Origin: Elsinoe ampelina
Taxonomy: Eukaryota
Direction of reading: 5' to 3'
Assembly (NCBI GenBank): GCA_010093995.1
Contig: ML992502.1
Coordinates: forward strand, 799,001-863,000
DNA length: 64,000 bases
Below are positions 60,035 through 64,000 of this stretch, piece by piece. How positions within the stretch are numbered: position 1 is the stretch's first letter; every line of letters starts with the position of its first letter. A program made the position numbers and the translations under genes. The notes beneath the pieces are model-generated. The model had not been told where the DNA came from and ran no database searches. It was given only the letters and a program-made list of their open reading frames with translations.

Positions 60035-60298
60035 GGAAAAAAAGTTCACCACCAGTCACCCTTCTTGTGGGGATATGCTTTAGGTACTGGGGCATCATCT
60101 GAAGCAGCAATTGTTCCTTGTCTTTGAATCAATCTTGCTTCCCAAGTTGATTTTCACAACTCAAGTGGCCACACAAGTGGTGCTGCTGTTGCTCCACCCC
60201 CTTCTCATGTCTCCTTGAGTTCACTCCAGCTCTTTCTCCCATTGGTCTGCATCAACCACTGAAGAGCGGTCGGCGGATCGTTCATACGTCCGTTCAAC

Positions 60299-63200
60299 AT
60301 GGCATCAGATCCAAGGCCGGACCCGACGTCTGACTTGCACTGGAGTGACTTCAAAGGACCAATTCATGAAATCTTCGCCGGCAATGCCGAAAAGCATCCG
60401 GACAGACCATGCGTAGTCGAGACAGCATCAAGCACAACGCCGAAGAGGGTAAGTGTGGATAGATGTGGATGAATTTGATCACGATACTGAGACTTGTGTC
60501 AGACATTCACATATAAGCACATTAACGAGGCCAGCAATGTCATTGCTCATAACCTAGTGCAAAGTGGTATCCAGCGGGGCGAAGTTGTCATGGTTTATGC
60601 ACATCGAGGTGTCGATCTCGTAGTCGCAGTCATGGGTGTCCTCAAAGCTGGAGCTACTTTCTCAGTCATTGATCCGCAGTATCCTGCAGACCGGCAGATC
60701 ATCTACCTGGATGTTGCGAAGCCAAAAGCACTTGTGGTCATTGAAAAGGCCTCCCAAGATGCTGGCCCCATTGCGCCGTCTGTACGAGAGTACATTGCCG
60801 ATAACCTCAAATTGAGGACGGAAGTACCAGCTCTCATGCTCAAGGACGACGGCAAGATCGTTGGTGGTCAGGTGCATGCTCGAGGAGATTGCCTTGAGCT
60901 GCAACAGAACCGTGCTGGCACATTACCTGGAGTTCTTGTTGGGCCGGACTCGACACCAACATTGTCATTCACATCTGGGTCGGAAGGAAGGCCAAAGGGA
61001 GTCAAGGGACGCCACTTCTCTTTGACGTATTACTTCCCATGGATGGCCAAACGATTCGGACTCTCGGAGAAGGACAAGTTTTCGATGTTGAGCGGCATTG
61101 CACATGATCCAATCCAGAGAGATATCTTTACACCTTTGTTCCTTGGAGCACAGCTGATCGTGCCACCCGCTGAAGACATCACCTTCGATCGCCTTGCCAA
61201 GTGGGCCAGCGACAATGAGATCTCGGTCACACATTTGACCCCGGCCATGGGACAGATTCTTCTAGGCAGCCTGGAGCCCAAGGTCACTTCGTTACATTCC
61301 GCCTTCTTCGTGGGTGACATCCTCCTCAAGCGAGATTGTCGAAGACTCCAGGAGCTCGCACCGAACGTCCGGATCAAGAACATGTATGGCACGACAGAAA
61401 CCCAACGTGCTGTCAGCTACTATGAGATCCCAAGCAAAGCCGAGAACGCTGGTTTCCTGGACAAGATGGGCGATGTCATTCCCGCAGGGAAAGGTATGGT
61501 TGATGTTCAGTTGCTTGTGGTTGACAGGAACGACCGTACCCGTCAATGTCCTGTGGGAGAGATAGGAGAGATCTACGTCCGCGCTGGAGGTTTGGCAGAA
61601 GGCTACCTCGGACCTGAGCTTAAAGACCTCACAAACACAAAATTCGTTCAAAACTGGTTCGTGGATAATCAGAAGTGGACAGACCTTGATACGCAGGCTG
61701 CCGAGAAAGCTGGCAATGGACAGCCATGGAGAGAATCCTACAGAGGTCCCAGAGATCGCATGTACCGCTCTGGAGATCTTGGACGCTACACGACTGATGG
61801 GAATGTCGAATGTACAGGCCGAGCAGATGACCAAGTCAAGATTCGAGGTTTCCGTATCGAGCTCGGAGAAATTGACACTCATCTATCACAACACCCGCTC
61901 ATTCGTGAGAACGTCACACTGGTCAAGCGTGATCATGAGGAGGAACAGATCCTGGTCAGCTATTACGTACCCGACATCAAGAAGTGGCAGACATGGCAAC
62001 AAGAGCAAAAGCAGGCTGGCACCGACGATGTGGCAGACGATCTAGGCATCTCCGAGCGGCTCAAGATCTTTCGAACACTTACCGAGGACGCTCGCGATAG
62101 GCTAAAGAAGAAGTTGCCTGTCTACGCAATTCCAACTCTTTTTATCCCGATGATCCGATTACCATTGACACCGAACGGAAAAGTAGACAAGCGTGCATTG
62201 CCTTTCCCAGGCAAGACGGAGCTGATGGCAGCTAATGCGGCACTACCACCACAGGATCTTTCCAAGAGGAGTGAGACCGAGTCACAACTTGCGGAAGTCT
62301 GGGCCCACTACCTCAAGAGCTACACTCCAGACACCATTCCTTCCGACGTACCCTTCTTCGACCTTGGTGGAAACAGCATTGCGGCTGTACAGATACCTGG
62401 ACAGATCCGGAAGAGATATCCAGATGTCACGATACCAATATCAGCCATCTCCAAGAACCCGACACTCAGCCAGCTTGCAGCTGATATCGATCGTTCTCTT
62501 GATCCTGTTGGATTGAGATTCGATGGCGATGCTGCAGCTCTCGCAGATCAGGAGGAATTCTACTCCAACACTGTCCCAGAACTTCTCGAGAAGCTTCCAA
62601 CCAGCTTCCCAGCTGCTGAAAAGAAGGATCCCAAGCAGCAGACGGTCTTTGTCACTGGTGCTACTGGCTTCCTCGGTGCATTCATTCTGCACGATTTATT
62701 GTCCAACGGCAGCAAGGTTATCGCCCATGTACGAGCCAAGACGTCACAAGATGCTCTTGAGAGAGTGAAACAAACTTGCTTGGCCTACGGGATCTGGTCG
62801 GATTCGTGGTCGCAAAGGCTGCTCTGTGTGACTGGCGATCTAGAGCAAGAGTCACTGGGACTGACGGGAGACGATCTCGAGAAGGTGGTCAATGAGGCCG
62901 ACTCTATTATCCACAATGGAGCTATCGTGCACTGGATCAAGCCTTTTGCAAGCTTGAAGGCTGCCAATGTGCTCAGTACACTCTCGGCACTCCAATTGTG
63001 CGCAAAAGGGAAGCCAAAGAGGTTTGCGTTTGTCAGCTCGACCAGTGCGCTCGACAATGATCACTTCATACAAGTATCCGAGAAGAGCGTATCCACGGGT
63101 GGAACAGGAGTCAGCGAAGCCGATGATATGGAAGGTAGCAGACAGGGACTGACCACAGGATATGGTCAGAGCAAATGGGTTTCCGAGCAACTCGTTTTCG

Positions 63201-63979
63201 AGGCGAAGAGACGAGGCTTGACAGCGGGTGTGATCAGAGCGGGTTATGTGCTTGGTGATCCAAAGACTGGCAGTGAGTATTGGAGAACCGTCCAGGATTC
63301 GGCAAAGCTGACATTTCACAGCTACCAACACAGATGACTTTTTGCTGCGCATGCTCAAGGGTTGTATTCAGGTATCGTCGAGACCTGCCATCACCAACAC
63401 GATCAACATGGTACCTGTCGACCATGTTGCCCGACTTGTGGCCGCTACCGCCTTCAACCCACCAAACACCAAGCCGGGTGTAGTACATGTGACCAGTCAT
63501 CCACGCATTACCTTCAACGACTACTTGAGTTCTCTCCAACAATATGGATATGATGTGCCTGAAGTTCCATATAAGCAATGGAGAGATTCCGTTGAAGCAT
63601 TTGTGGAGAAGGGCGAGGAGGAACATGCACTGTGAGTATTCCAGCCAATCTCACAAAAACAAGGCATGCTAATTGTGACAGACTTGGCCTCTACCACATG
63701 GTCACCGGGGATCTCCCTGCAAACACCAAGGCTCCCGAGCTGGATGACCGCAATGCCGCAGCCGTGCTGAAGGCTGACGAGGCTCGGACTGGTCAAGACT
63801 TGTCCGGTGGTAGTGCAGTCACCGTGGAGAAGGTCGGCATCTACATGTCGTATCTTATAGCGAGAGGGTTCATGCCCAAGCCGAGCCGTGAAGGACACCT
63901 ATCGCTTCCGAAAGTCGCACTCAGCGCTGAGCAGGTCAAGGCGCTGGAGAAGGTCGGTGGTAGGGGAGGCAGCTCGTAG
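60299..63979 (+). CDS. LYS2: L-2-aminoadipate reductase (A-T-R)
   Basis: [47 protein letters not shown]-domain [24 protein letters not shown], end GGRGG. Introns 60449-60502, 63273-63321 and 63632-63681. Confidence 0.97.
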
Positions 63980-64000
63980 ATTGTCCGTGTGCTGGAGAGG

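Noticed and set aside
60299..63979. NRPS-like secondary metabolite cluster
   Set aside because: Sequence is canonical LYS2 among housekeeping genes; the short N-terminus is usual in many filamentous ascomycetes.
1..64000. tRNA, rRNA or CRISPR arrays
   Set aside because: None recognised by eye; the DNA is eukaryotic and no repeat-spacer structure was seen.

Overview
Filamentous ascomycete (Pezizomycotina) genomic DNA with three zones. (1) 1-12.4 kb: an UNC-93-like MFS transporter next to a GlcNAc-kinase-type hexokinase, a TBC Rab-GAP, then a divergent pair of an NB-ARC/TPR NLR lacking an N-terminal effector domain and an AsaB/CmcJ-like oxygenase. (2) 12,387-45,628: a ~33 kb AT-rich, RIP-degenerated block that resolves into nested insertions. 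A ~3 kb PIF/Harbinger element (16-bp TIRs, CCA TSD) was split by a Ty3/Gypsy chromovirus (187-bp LTRs, GCTAG TSD). That was in turn split by ~25 kb of multi-gene DNA elements, one encoding a Plavaka-type transposase, with BTB and Zn-cluster-like cargo relics and an assembly gap. (3) 45.6-64 kb: a CorA-like GMN membrane protein, then housekeeping genes (GH47 alpha-1,2-mannosidase, Psk1/S6K-like kinase, Cid1-like nucleotidyltransferase, TFG1, RBR E3 ligase, LYS2). Most interesting: the multi-gene Plavaka-type element family and the NLR/oxygenase/CorA-like trio that was contiguous before the TE insertion. All calls come from reading motifs by eye, including mental reversal of RIP. No searches were run, and coordinates inside the RIP block are approximate unless termini are quoted.
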